In this document: piece by piece, positions 1-15,019 of the stretch | Layout: every line of letters begins with the position of its first letter | Position numbering within the stretch: position 1 is the first letter of the stretch | Origin: Eledone cirrhosa | Taxonomy: Eukaryota | Reading direction: 5' to 3' | NCBI GenBank assembly: GCA_964016885.1 | Contig: OZ024740.1 | Span: 262,942,001 to 263,006,000 of the forward strand | Length of the DNA: 64,000 bases | The notes under the pieces: generated by a model | The model's database searches: none | What the model was told of the DNA's origin: nothing | What the model saw: the letters and a program-made list of their open reading frames with translations, nothing else | Position numbers and translations under genes: made by a program

Positions 1-3000
1 GTAACAACACCAGTAACAACAACAGTAACAACACCAGTAACAACACCAGTAACAACATCAGTAACAACATCAATAATAACAACTGTAACAACAACAGTAA
101 CAACAAAAGTAACAACAACAGTAACAACAACAACAGTAACAACAACAGTAACAACAACAGTAACAACACCAGTAACAAAACCAGTAACAACACCAGTAAC
201 AACAACAGTAACAACACCAGTAACAACACCAGTAACAACAACAGTAACAACACCAGTAACAACATCAGTAACAACACCAGTAACAACAACAGTAACAACA
301 ACAGTAACAAAACCAGTAACAACAACAGTAACAACACCAGTAACAACACCAGTAACAACATCAGTAACAACAACAGTAACAACAACAGTAACAACAACAG
401 TAACAACACCAGTAACAACAACAGTAACAACACCAGTAACAACATCAGTAACAACATCAGTAACAACATCAGTAACAACATCAGTAACAATACCATTAAC
501 TACACCAGTAACAACATCAGTAACAACAACAGTAACAACAACAGTAACAACATCAGTAACAACATCAGTAACAACATCAGTAACAACAACAGTAACAACA
601 ACAGTAACAACATCAGTAACAACAACAGTAACAACAACAGTAACAACAACAGTAACAACAACAGTAACAACAACAGTAACAACACCAGTAACAACAACAG
701 TAACAACAACAGTAACAAGACCAGTAACAACAACAGTAACAACAAAAGTAACAACACCACTAACAATAACAGTAACAACACCAGTAACAACAACAGTAAC
801 AACATGAGTAACAACATCAGTAACAACATCAGTAACAACAACAGTAACAACACCAGTAACAACACCAGTAAGAACAACAGTAACAACAACAGTAACAACA
901 CCAGTAACAACATCAGTAACAACACCAGTAACAACATCAGTAACAACATCAGTAACGACATAAGTAACAACATCAGTAACAACACCAGTAACAACACCAG
1001 TAACAACAACAGTAACAACACCAGTAACAACAACAGTAACAACAACAGTAACAACACCAGTAACATCAACAATAACAACACCAGTAACAACATCAGTAAC
1101 AACATCAGTAACAACAACAATAACAACACCAGCAACCACATCAGTAACAACAACAGTAACAACATCAGTAACAACATCAGTAACAACATCAGTAACAACA
1201 ACAACAGTAACAACAACAGTAACAACATCAGTAACGACATCAGTAACAACATCAGTAACAACAACAATAACAACAACAGTAACAACAACAGTAACAACAT
1301 CAGTAACAACATCAGTAACAACATCAGTAACAACATTAGTAACAACACCAGTAACAACATCAGTAACAACATCAGTAACAACAACAGTAACAACACCAGT
1401 AACAACATCAGTAACAGCACCAGTAACAACATCAGTAACAACAACAGTAACAACACCAGTAACAACAATAGTAACAACAACAGTAACAACAACAGTAACA
1501 ACACCAGTAACATCAACAATAACAACACCAGTAACAACATCAGTAACAACATCAGTAACAACAACAACAACAACAACACCAGTAACAACAACAGTAACAA
1601 CTTCAGTAACAACATCAGTAACAACAGCAGTAACAACACCAGTAACAACACCAGTAACAACAACAGTAACAACATCAGTAACAACATCAGTAACAACACC
1701 AGTAACAACACCAGTAACAATACCAGTAACAGCATCAGTAACAACACCAGTAACAACATCAGTGACAACATCAGTAACAGCATCAGTAACAACAGCAGTA
1801 ACAACATCAGTAACAACACCAGTAACAACATCAGTAACAACATCAGTAACAACAACAGTAACAACAGCAGTAACAACAACAGTAACAACAACAGTAACAA
1901 CAACAGTAACAACATCAGTAACAACACCAGTAACAACATCAGTAACAACACCAGTAACAACATCAGTAACAACAACAGTAACAACAACAGTAACAACAGT
2001 AACAACACCAGTAACAACATCAGTAACAACACCAGTAACAACACCAGTAACAACATCAGTAACTAACACCAGTAACAACACCTGTAACAACATCAGTAAC
2101 AATATCAGTAACAACACCAGTAACAACAACAGTAACAACAACAGTAACAAAATCAGTAACAACATCAGTAACAACACCAGTAACAACACCAGTAACAACA
2201 ACAGTAACAACTTCAGTAACAACATCAGTAACAACAGCAGTAACAACACCAGTAACAACACCAGTAACAACACCAGTAACAACATCAGTAACAACAACAG
2301 TAACAACAACATGAACAACAACAGTAACAACATCAGTAACAACATCAGTAACAACATCAGTAACAACATCAGTAACAACAACAGTAACAGCATCAGTAAC
2401 AACATCAGTAACAACAACATTAACAACAACAGTAACAACATCAGTAACAACTTCAGTAACAACCACAGTAACAACAGCAGTAACAACAACAGTAACAACA
2501 TCAGTAACAACTTCAGTAACAACATCAGTAACAACAACAGTAACAACACCAGTAACAACACCAGTAACAACACCAGTGACAACAACAGTAACAACAACAG
2601 TAACAACATCAGTAACAAAATCAGTAACAACATCAGTAACAACACCAGTAACAACAACAGTAACAACTTCAGTAACAACAACAGTAACAACAGCAGTAAC
2701 AACACCAGTAACAACATCAGTAACAACACCAGTAACAACATCAGTAACAACATCAGTAACAGCATCAGTAACAACAGCAGTAACACATCAGTAACAACAC
2801 CAGTAACAACATCAGTAACAACATCAGTAACAACATCAGTAACTAACACCAGTAACAACACCAGTAACAACATCAGTAACAACATCAGTAACAACACCAG
2901 TAACAACAACAGTAACAACAACAGTAACAAAATCAGTAACAACATCAGTAACAACACCAGTAACAACAACAGTAACAAAAACAGTAACAACAACAGTAAC

Positions 3001-3899
3001 AACAACAGTAAACAACAACAGTAACAACATCAGTAGCAACATCAGTAACAACATCTGTAACAACACCAGTAACAAAACCAGTAACAACACCAGTAACAAC
3101 AACAGTAACAACATCAGTAACAACATCAGTAACAACACCAGTAACAAATTCAGTAACAACATCAGTAACAACAACAGTAACAACACCAGTAACAACACCA
3201 GTAACAACACCAGTAACAACAACAGTAACAACAACAGTAACAACATCAGTAACAACATCAGTAACAACAACAGTAACAACAACAGTAACAACATCAGTAA
3301 CAACTTCAGTAACAACATCAGTAACAACAGCAGTAACAACACCAGTAACAACACCAGTAACAACACCAGTAACAACAACAGTAACAACATCAGTAACAAC
3401 ATCAGTAACAACACCAGTAACAACACCAGTAACAATACCAGTAACAACATCAGTAACATCACCAGTAACAACATCAGTAACAACATCAGTAACAGCATCA
3501 GTAACAACAGCAGTAACAACATCAGTAACAACACCAGTAACAACACCAGTAACAACAACAGTAACAACAACAGTAACAAAATCAGTAACAACATCAGTAA
3601 CAACACCAGTAACAACAACAGTAACAACAACAGTAACAAAATCAGTAACAACATCAGTAACAACACCAGTAACAACAACAGTAACAAAAACAGTAACAAC
3701 AACAGTAACAACAACAGTAAACAACAACAGTAACAACATCAGTAGCAACATCAGTAACAACATCAGTAACAACACCAGTAACAAAACCAGTAACAACACC
3801 AGTAACAACAACAGTAACAACATCAGTAACAACATCAGTAACAACATCAGTAACAACAACAGTAACAACATCAGTAACAACAACAGTAACAACATCAGT

Positions 3900-5990
3900 A
3901 ACAACAACAGTAACAACACCAGTAACAACACCAGTAACAACACCAGTAACAACAACAGTAACAACAACAGTAACAACATCAGTAACAACATCAGTAACAA
4001 CAACAGTAACAACAACAGTAACAACATCAGTAACAACTTCAGTAACAACATCAGTAACAACAGCAGTAACAACACCAGTAACAACACCAGTAACAACACC
4101 AGTAACAACAACAGTAACAACACCAGTAACAACAACAGTAACAACATCAGTAACAACATCAGTAACAACACCAGTAACAACACCAGTAACAATACCAGTA
4201 ACAACATCAGTAACAACACCAGTAACAACATCAGTAACAACATCAGTAACAGCATCAGTAACAACAGCAGTAACAACATCAGTAACAACACCAGTAACAA
4301 CATCAGTAACAACATCAGTAACAACATCAATAACTAACACCAGTAACAACACCAGTAACAACATCAGTAACAACATCAGTAACAACACCAGTAACAACAA
4401 CAGTAACAACAACAGTAACAAAATCAGTAACAACATCAGCAACAACACCAGTAACAACAACAGTAACAAAAACAGTAACAACAACAGTAACAACAACAGT
4501 AAACAACAACAGTAACAACATCAGTAGCAACATCAGTAACAACATCAGTAACAACACCAGTAACAAAACCAGTAACAACACCAGTAACAACAACAGTAAC
4601 AACATCAGTAACAACATCAGTAACAACATCAGTAACAACAACAGTAACAACAATAGTAACAACAACAGTAACAACAACAGTAACAACATCAGTAACAACA
4701 TCAGTAATAACAACTGTAACAACAGCAGTAACAACAACAGTAACAACAACAACAGTAACAACAACAGTAACAACATCTGTAACAACAACAGTAACAACAC
4801 CAGTAACAACAACACTAACAACACCAGTAACAACACCAGTAACAACATCAGTAACAACATCAATAATAACAACTGTAACAACAACAGTAACAACAACAGT
4901 AACAACAACAACAGTAACAACAACAGTAACAACATCAGTAACAACACCAGTAACAACAACAGTAACAACACCAGTAACAACACCAGTAACAACACCAGTA
5001 ACAACAACAGTAACAACACCAGTAACAACACCAGTAACAACAACAGTAACAACACCAGTAACAACATCAGTAACAACACCAGTAACAACAACATTACCAA
5101 CAACAGTAACAACACCAGTAACAACAACAGTAACAACACCAGTAACAACAACAGTAACAACACCAGTAACAACATCAGTAACAACAACAGTAACAACAAC
5201 ACTAACAACAACAGTAACAACACCAGTAACAACAACAGTAACAACACCAGTAACAACATCAGTAACAACATCATTAACAACATCAGTAACAACATCAGTA
5301 ACAACATCAGTAACAATACCATTAACTACACCAGTAACAACATCAGTAACAACACCAGTAACAACAACAGTAACAACAACAGTAACAACATCAGTAACAA
5401 CATCAGTAACAACATCAGTAACAATACCATTAACTACACCAGTAACAACATCAGTAACAACAACAGTAACAACAACAGTAACAACATCAGTAACAACATC
5501 AGTATCAACATCAGTAACAACATCAGTAACAACAACAGTAACAACAACAGTAACAACATAAGTAACAACAACAGTAACAACATCAGTAACAACAACAGTA
5601 ACAACAACAGTAACAACAACAGTAACAACACCAGTAACAACAACAGTAACAACAACAGTAACAACACCAGTAACAACAACAGTAACGACAACAGTAACAA
5701 CACCAGTAACAACAACAGTAACAACACCAGTAACAACAACAGTAACAACATGAGTAACAACATGAGTAACAACATCAGTAACAACAACAGTAACAACACA
5801 CGTAACAACACCAGTAAGAACAACTGTAACAACAACAGTAACAACATCAGTAACAACATCAGTAACAGCACCAGTAACAACATCAGTAACAACACCAGTA
5901 ACAACATCAGTAACAACATCAGTAACAACATAAGTAACAACATCAGTAACAACACCAGTAACAACACCAGTAACAACAACAGTAACAACA
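3900..5990. repeat. ~2.1-kb block with a second copy at ~11640-13720
   Basis: ORF pairs 4327/12069 and 4436/12178 (offset 7742), and 5434/13164 and 5750/13480 (offset 7730). Both copies share ATCTGT, doubled CCATTAACTAC, doubled ATGAGT and GTAAGAACAACTGT. Confidence 0.85.
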
Positions 5991-6309
5991 CCAGTAACAA
6001 CAACAGTAACAACAACAGTAACAACACCAGTAACATCAACAATAACAACACCAGTAACAACATCAGTAACAACATCAGTAACAACATCAGTAACAACATT
6101 AGTAACAACACCAGTAACAACATCAGTAACAACATCAGTAACAACAACAGTAACAACAACAGTAACAACATCAGTAACAACATCAGAAACTAACACCAGT
6201 AACAACATCAGTAACAAGATCAGTAACAACAACAATGACAACAACAGTAACAACAACAGTAACAACATCAGTAACAACAACAGTAAAAACATCAGTAACA
6301 ACATCAGTA

Positions 6310-9300
6310 ACAACACCAGTAACAACATCAGTAACAACAACAGTAACAACAACAGTAACAACAACAGTAACAGCATCAGTAACAACACCAGTAACAACAT
6401 CAGTAACAACATCAGTAACAACATCAGTAACTAACACCAGTAACAACATCAGTAACAACATCAGTAATTAACACCAGAAACAACAACAGTAACAACATCA
6501 GTAACAACATCAGTAACAACATCAGTAACAACAGTAACGACACCAGTAACAACACCAGTAACAACAACAGTAACGACACCAGTAACAACATCACTAACAA
6601 CAACCGTAACGACACCAGTAACAACACCAGTAACAACAACAGTAACAACAACAGTAACAACATCAGTAACAACAACAGTAACGACACCAGTAACAACATC
6701 GGTAACAACACCAGTAACAACGCCAGGAACAACAACAGTAACAACACCAGTAACAACAACAGTAATAACAACAGTAACAACAACAGTAACAACATCAGTA
6801 ACAACATCAGTAACAACACCAGTAACAACACCAGTAACAATACCAGTAACAACATCAGTAACAACAACAGTATCAACACCAGTAACAACATCAGTAACAA
6901 CACCAGTAACAACACCAGTAACAATACCAGTAACAACATCAGTAACATCACCAGTAACAACATCAGTAACAACATCAGTAACAACATCAGTAACAACAAC
7001 AGTAACAACAACAGTAACAACACCAGTAACAAATAACAGTAACAACACCAGTAACAACAACAGTAACAACAACACTAACAACAACAGTAACAACATCAGT
7101 AACAAAATCAGTAACAACATCAGTAACAACACCAGTAACAACAACAGTAACAACTTCAGTAACAACATCAGTAACAACAACAGTAACAACAACAGTAACA
7201 ACACCAGTAACAAATAACAGTAACAACACCAGTAACAACAACAGTAACAACACCAGTAACAACACCAGTAACAACAACAGTAACAAAAACAGTAACAACA
7301 ACAGTAACAACAACAGTAAACAACAACAGTAACAACATCAGTAGCAACATCAGTAACAACATCAGTAACAACACCAGTAACAAAACCAGTAACAACACCA
7401 GTAACAACAACAGTAACAACATCAGTAACAACATCAGTAACAACATCAGTAACAACAACAGTAACAACATCAGTAACAACAACAGTAACAAAAACAGTAA
7501 CAACATCAGTAACAACATCAGTAATAACAATTGTAACAACAGCAGTAACAACAACAGTAACAACAACAACAGTAACAACAACAGTAACAACATCAGTAAC
7601 AACAACAGTAACAACACCAGTAACAACAACAGTAACAACACCAGTAACAACACCAGTAACAACATCAGTAACAACATCAATAATAACAACCGTAACAACA
7701 ACAGTAACAACAACAGTAACAACAACAACAGTAACAACAACAGTAACAACATCAGTAACAACACCAGTAACAACAACAGTAACAACACCAGTAACAACAC
7801 CAGTAACAACACCAGTAACAACAACAGTAACAACACCAGTAACAACACCAGTAACAACAACAGTAACAACACCAGTAACAACATCAGTAACAACACCAGT
7901 AACAACACCAGTAACAACAACAGTAACAACACCAGTAACAACACCAGTAACAACACCAGTAACAACATCAGTAACAACAACAGTAACAACACCAGTAACA
8001 ACACCAGTAACAACAACAGTAACAACACCAGTAACAACATCAGTAACAACACCAGTAACAACACCAGTAACAACAACAGTAACAACACCAGTAACAACAC
8101 CAGTAACAACACCAGTAACAACACCAGTAACAACAACAGTAACAACACCAGTAACAACACCAGTAACAACACCAGTAACAACAACAGTAACAACACCAGT
8201 AACAACACCAGTAACAACAACATTAACAACATCAGTAACAACATAAGTAACAACACCAGTAACAACAACAGTAACAACACCAGTAACAACAACAGTAACA
8301 ACACCACTAACAACATCAGTAACAACACCAGTAACAACAGCAGTAACAACAACAGTAACAACAACAACAGTAACAACAACAGTAACAACATCAGTAACAA
8401 CAACAGTAACAACACCAGTAACAACAACAGTAACAACACCAGTAACAACACCAGTAACAACATCAGTAACAACATCAATAATAACAACCGTAACAACAAC
8501 AGTAACAACAACAGTAACAACAACAACAGTAACAACAACAGTAACAACATCAGTAACAACACCAGTAACAACAACAGTAACAACACCAGTAACAACACCA
8601 GTAACAACACCAGTAACAACTACAGTAACAACACCAGTAACAACACCAGTAACAACAACAGTAACAACACCAGTAACAACATCAGTAACAACACCAGTAA
8701 CAACAACATTAACAACAACAGTAACAACACCAGTAACAACAACAGTAACAACACCAGTAACAACAACAGTAACAACACCAGTAACAACATCAGTAACAAC
8801 AACAGTAACAACAACAGTAACAACAACAGTAACAACACCAGTAACAACAACAGTAACAACATCAGTAACAACATCAGTAACAACACCAGTAACAACTTCA
8901 GTAACAACATCAGTAACAACAACAGTAACAACACCAGTAACAACACCAGTAACAACACCAGTAACAACAACAGTAACAACAACAGTAACAACATCAGTAA
9001 CAACATCAGTAACAACAACAGTAACAACAACAGTAACAACATCAGTAACAACTTCAGTAACAACATCAGTAACAACAGCAGTAACAACACCAGTAACAAC
9101 ACCAGTAACAACACCAGTAACAACAACAGTAACAACACCAGTAACAACAACAGTAACAACATCAGTAACAACATCAGTAACAACACCAGTAACAACACCA
9201 GTAACAATACCAGTAACAACATCAGTAACAACACCAGTAACAACATCAGTAACAACATCAGTAACAACATCAGTAACAACAGCAGTAACAACATCAGTAA

Positions 9301-12090
9301 CAACACCAGTAACAACATCAGTAACAACATCAGTAACAACATCAGTAACTAACACCAGTAACAACACCAGTAACAACATCAGTAACAACAACAGTAACAA
9401 CAACAGTAACAACAACAGTAACAGCATCAGTAACAACACCAGTAACAACATCAGTAACAACATCAGTAACAACATCAGTAACTAACACCAGTAACAACAT
9501 CAGTAACAACATCAGTAACTAACACCAGAAACAACAACAGTAACAACATCAGTAACAACATCAGTAACAACATCAGTAACAACAGTAACGACACCAGTAA
9601 CAACACCAGTAACAACAACAGTAACGACACCAGTAACAACATCACTAACAACAACCGTAACGACACCAGTAACAACACCAGTAACAACAACAGTAACAAC
9701 AACAGTAACAACATCAGTAACAACAACAGTAACGACACCAGTAACAACATCGGTAACAACACCAGTAACAACGCCAGGAACCACAACAGTAACAACACCA
9801 GTAACAACAACAGTAATAACAACAGTAACAACAACAGTAACAACATCAGTAACAACATCAGTAACAACACCAGTAACAACACCAGTAACAATACCAGTAA
9901 CAACATCAGTAACAACAACAGTATCAACACCAGTAACAACATCAGTAACAACACCAGTAACAACACCAGTAACAATACCAGTAACAACATCAGTAACATC
10001 ACCAGTAACAACATCAGTAACAACATCAGTAACAACATCAGTAACAACAACAGTAACAACAACAGTAACAACACCAGTAACAAATAACAGTAACAACACC
10101 AGTAACAACAACAGTAACAACAACACTAACAACAACAGTAACAACATCAGTAACAAAATCAGTAACAACATCAGTAACAACACCAGTAACAACAACAGTA
10201 ACAACTTCAGTAACAACATCAGTAACAACAACAGTAACAACAACAGTAACAACACCAGTAACAAATAACAGTAACAACACCAGTAACAACAACAGTAACA
10301 ACACCAGTAACAACACCAGTAACAACAACAGTAACAAAAACAGTAACAACAACAGTAACAACAACAGTAAACAACAACAGTAACAACATCAGTAGCAACA
10401 TCAGTAACAACATCAGTAACAACACCAGTAACAAAACCAGTAACAACACCAGTAACAACAACAGTAACAACATCAGTAACAACATCAGTAACAACATCAG
10501 TAACAACAACAGTAACAACATCAGTAACAACAACAGTAACAACAACAGTAACAACATCAGTAACAACATCAGTAATAACAACTGTAACAACAGCAGTAAC
10601 AACAACAGTAACAACAACAACAGTAACAACAACAGTAACAACATCAGTAAAAACAACAGTAACAACACCAGTAACAACAACAGTAACAACACCAGTAACA
10701 ACACCAGTAACAACATCAGTAACAACATCAATAATAACAACCGTAACAACAACAGTAACAACAACAGTAACAACAACAACAGTAACAACAACAGTAACAA
10801 CATCAGTAACAACACCAGTAACAACAACAGTAACAACACCAGTAACAACACCAGTAACAACACCAGTAACAACAACAGTAACAACACCAGTAACAACACC
10901 AGTAACAACAACAGTAACAACACCAGTAACAACATCAGTAACAACACCAGTAACAACACCAGTAACAACAACAGTAACAACACCAGTAACAACATCAGTA
11001 ACAACACCAGTAACAACAACAGTAACAACACCAGTAACAACATCAGTAACAACACCAGTAACAACAGCAGTAACAACAACAGTAACAACAACAACAGTAA
11101 CAACAACAGTAACAACATCAGTAACAACAACAGTAACAACACCAGTAACAACAACAGTAACAACACCAGTAACAACACCAGTAACAACATCAGTAACAAC
11201 ATCAATAATAACAACCGTAACAACAACAGTAACAACAACAGTAACAACAACAACAGTAACAACAACAGTAACAACATCAGTAACAACACCAGTAACAACA
11301 ACAGTAACAACACCAGTAACAACACCAGTAACAACACCAGTAACAACAACAGTAACAACACCAGTAACAACACCAGTAACAACAACAGTAACAACACCAG
11401 TAACAACATCAGTAACAACACCAGTAACAACAACATTAACAACAACAGTAACAACACCAGTAACAACAACAGTAACAACACCAGTAACAACAACAGTAAC
11501 AACACCAGTAACAACATCAGTAACAACAACAGTAACAACAACAGTAACAACAACAGTAACAACACCAGTATCAACAACAGTAACAACATCAGTAACAACA
11601 TCAGTAACAACACCAGTAACAACTTCAGTAACAACATCAGTAACAACAACAGTAACAACACCAGTAACAACACCAGTAACAACACCAGTAACAACAACAG
11701 TAACAACAACAGTAACAACATCAGTAACAACATCAGTAACAACAACAGTAACAACAACAGTAACAACATCAGTAACAACTTCAGTAACAACATCAGTAAC
11801 AACAGCAGTAACAACACCAGTAACAACACCAGTAACAACACCAGTAACAACAACAGTAACAACACCAGTAACAACAACAGTAACAACATCAGTAACAACA
11901 TCAGTAACAACACCAGTAACAACACCAGTAACAATACCAGTAACAACATCAGTAACAACACCAGTAACAACATCAGTAACAACATCAGTAACAGCATCAG
12001 TAACAACAGCAGTAACAACATCAGTAACAACACCAGTAACAACATCAGTAACAACATCAGTAACAACATCAGTAACTAACACCAGTAACA
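6310..12090. repeat. Tandem duplication: copy 1 ~6310-9360 (3051 bp), copy 2 ~9361-12090 (2727 bp, 324 bp shorter)
   Basis: Matching ORFs and variants at offset 3051 (6424/9475, 6987/10038, 7168/10219, CCG 7690/10741), then at offset 2727 (CCG 8488/11215, GTAACT 9345/12072). Confidence 0.85.
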
Positions 12091-15019
12091 ACACCAGTAA
12101 CAACATCAGTAACAACATCAGTAACAACACCAGTAACAACAACAGTAACAACAACAGTAACAAAATCAATAACAACATCAGCAACAACACCAGTAACAAC
12201 AACAGTAACAAAAACAGTAACAACAACAGTAACAACAACAGTAAACAACAACAGTAACAACATCAGTAGCAACATCAGTAACAACATCAGTAACAACACC
12301 AGTAACAAAACCAGTAACAACACCAGTAACAACAACAGTAACAACATCAGTAACAACATCAGTAACAACATCAGTAACAACAACAGTAACAACAATAGTA
12401 ACAACAACAGTAACAACAACAGTAACAACATCAGTAACAACATCAGTAATAACAACTGTAACAACAGCAGTAACAACAACAGTAACAACAACAACAGTAA
12501 CAACAACAGTAACAACATCTGTAACAACAACAGTAACAACACCAGTAACAACAACACTAACAACACCAGTAACAACACCAGTAACAACATCAGTAACAAC
12601 ATCAATAATAACAACTGTAACAACAACAGTAACAACAACAGTAACAACAACAACAGTAACAACAACAGTAACAACATCAGTAACAACACCAGTAACAACA
12701 ACAGTAACAACACCAGTAACAACACCAGTAACAACACCAGTAACAACAACAGTAACAACACCAGTAACAACACCAGTAACAACAACAGTAACAACACCAG
12801 TAACAACATCAGTAACAACACCAGTAACAACAACATTAACAACAACAGTAACAACACCAGTAACAACAACAGTAACAACACCAGTAACAACAACAGTAAC
12901 AACACCAGTAACAACATCAGTAACAACAACAGTAACAACAACATTAACAACAACAGTAACAACACCAGTAACAACAACAGTAACAACACCAGTAACAACA
13001 TCAGTAACAACATCAGTAACAACATCAGTAACAACATCAGTAACAATACCATTAACTACACCAGTAACAACATCAGTAACAACACCAGTAACAACAACAG
13101 TAACAACAACAGTAACAACATCAGTAACAACATCAGTAACAACATCAGTAACAATACCATTAACTACACCAGTAACAACATCAGTAACAACAACAGTAAC
13201 AACAACAGTAACAACATCAGTAACAACATCAGTATCAACATCAGTAACAACATCAGTAACAACAACAGTAACAACAACAGTAACAACATCAGTAACAACA
13301 ACAGTAACAACATCAGTAACAACAACAGTAACAACAACAGTAACAACAACAGTAACAACACCAGTAACAACAACAGTAACAACAACAGTAACAACACCAG
13401 TAACAACAACAGTAACGACAACAGTAACAACACCAGTAACAACAACAGTAACAACACCAGTAACAACAACAGTAACAACATGAGTAACAACATGAGTAAC
13501 AACATCAGTAACAACAACAGTAACAACACCAGTAACAACACCAGTAAGAACAACTGTAACAACAACAGTAACAACATCAGTAACAACATCAGTAACAGCA
13601 CCAGTAACAACATCAGTAACAACACCAGTAACAACATCAGTAACAACATCAGTAACAACATAAGTAACAACATCAGTAACAACACCAGTAACAACACCAG
13701 TAACAACAACAGTAACAACACCAGTAACAACAACAGTAATAACAACAGTAACAACAACAGTAACAACATCAGTAACAACAACAGTAACAACAACAGTAAC
13801 AACATCAGTAACAACATCAGTAACAACACCAGTAACAACACCAGTAACAATACCAGTAACAACATCAGTAACATCACCAGTAACAACATCAGTAACAACA
13901 TCAGTAACAACATCAGTAACAACAACAGTAACAACAACAGTAACAACACCAGTAACAAATAACAGTAACAACACCAGTAACAACAACAGTAACAACAACA
14001 CTAACAACAACAGTAACAACATCAGTAACAACATCAGTAACAACATCAGTAACAACATCAGTAACAACAACAGTAACAACACCAGTAACAACATCAGTAA
14101 CAACACCAGTAACAACACCAGTAACAACAACGCTAACAACAACAGTAACAACAACACTATCAACAACTGTAACAACACCAGTAACAACATCAGTAACAAC
14201 ATCAGTAACAACATCAGTAACAACATCAGTAACAACATCAGTAACAACACCAGTAACAACACCAGTAACAACAACAGTAACAACACCAGTAACAACAACA
14301 GTAACAACAACACTAACAACAACAGTAACAACACCAGTAACAACATCAGTAACAACATCAGTAACAACATCAGTTTACAACATCAGTAACAACATTAGTA
14401 ACAACATAAGTAACAACAACAGTAACAACATCAGTAACAACAACAGTAACAACAGCAGTAACAACAACAGTAACAACAACAGTAATAACAACAGAAACAA
14501 CACCAGTAACAACAACAGTAACAACATCAGTAACAACATCAGTAACAGCACCAGTAACAACATCAGTAACAACACCAGTAACAACATAAGTAACAACATC
14601 AGTAACAACACCAGTAACAACACCAGTAACAACAACAGTAACAACACCAGTAACAACAACAGTAACAACAACAGTAACAACACCAGTAACATCAACAATA
14701 ACAACACCAGTAACAACATCAGTAACAACATCAGTAACAACAACAATAACAACACCACCAACCACATCAGTAACAACAACAGTAACAACATCAGTAACAA
14801 AATCAGTAACAACCTCAGTAACAACAACAACGACAACAACAGTAACAACAACAGTAACAACATCAGTAACGACATCAGTAACAACATCAGTAACAACAAC
14901 AATAACAACAACAGTAACAACAACAGTAACAACATCAGTAACAACATCAGTAACAACATCAGTAACAACATCAGTAACAACATTAGTAACAACACCAGTA
15001 ACAACATCAGTAACAACAT

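Larger units (their letters stand above)
1..14372. repeat. Left domain: irregular block duplications with its own marker variants
   Basis: The cassette GTAAACAAC...GTAGCAAC occurs at ~3008, 3717, 4499, 7316, 10367 and 12241. CCATTAACTAC occurs at ~493, 5319, 5427, 13049 and 13157. Neither is seen right of 14.4 kb, and the GTTTAC marker is absent here. Confidence 0.8.

Noticed and set aside
3008-12250. Transcription-factor sites: forkhead GTAAACA in the +A monomer, plus SOX AACAAT, MYB YAACNG and RFX half-site AGTAAC across the array
   Set aside because: These short motifs are within zero or one mutation of the consensus, and there is no promoter or gene context.
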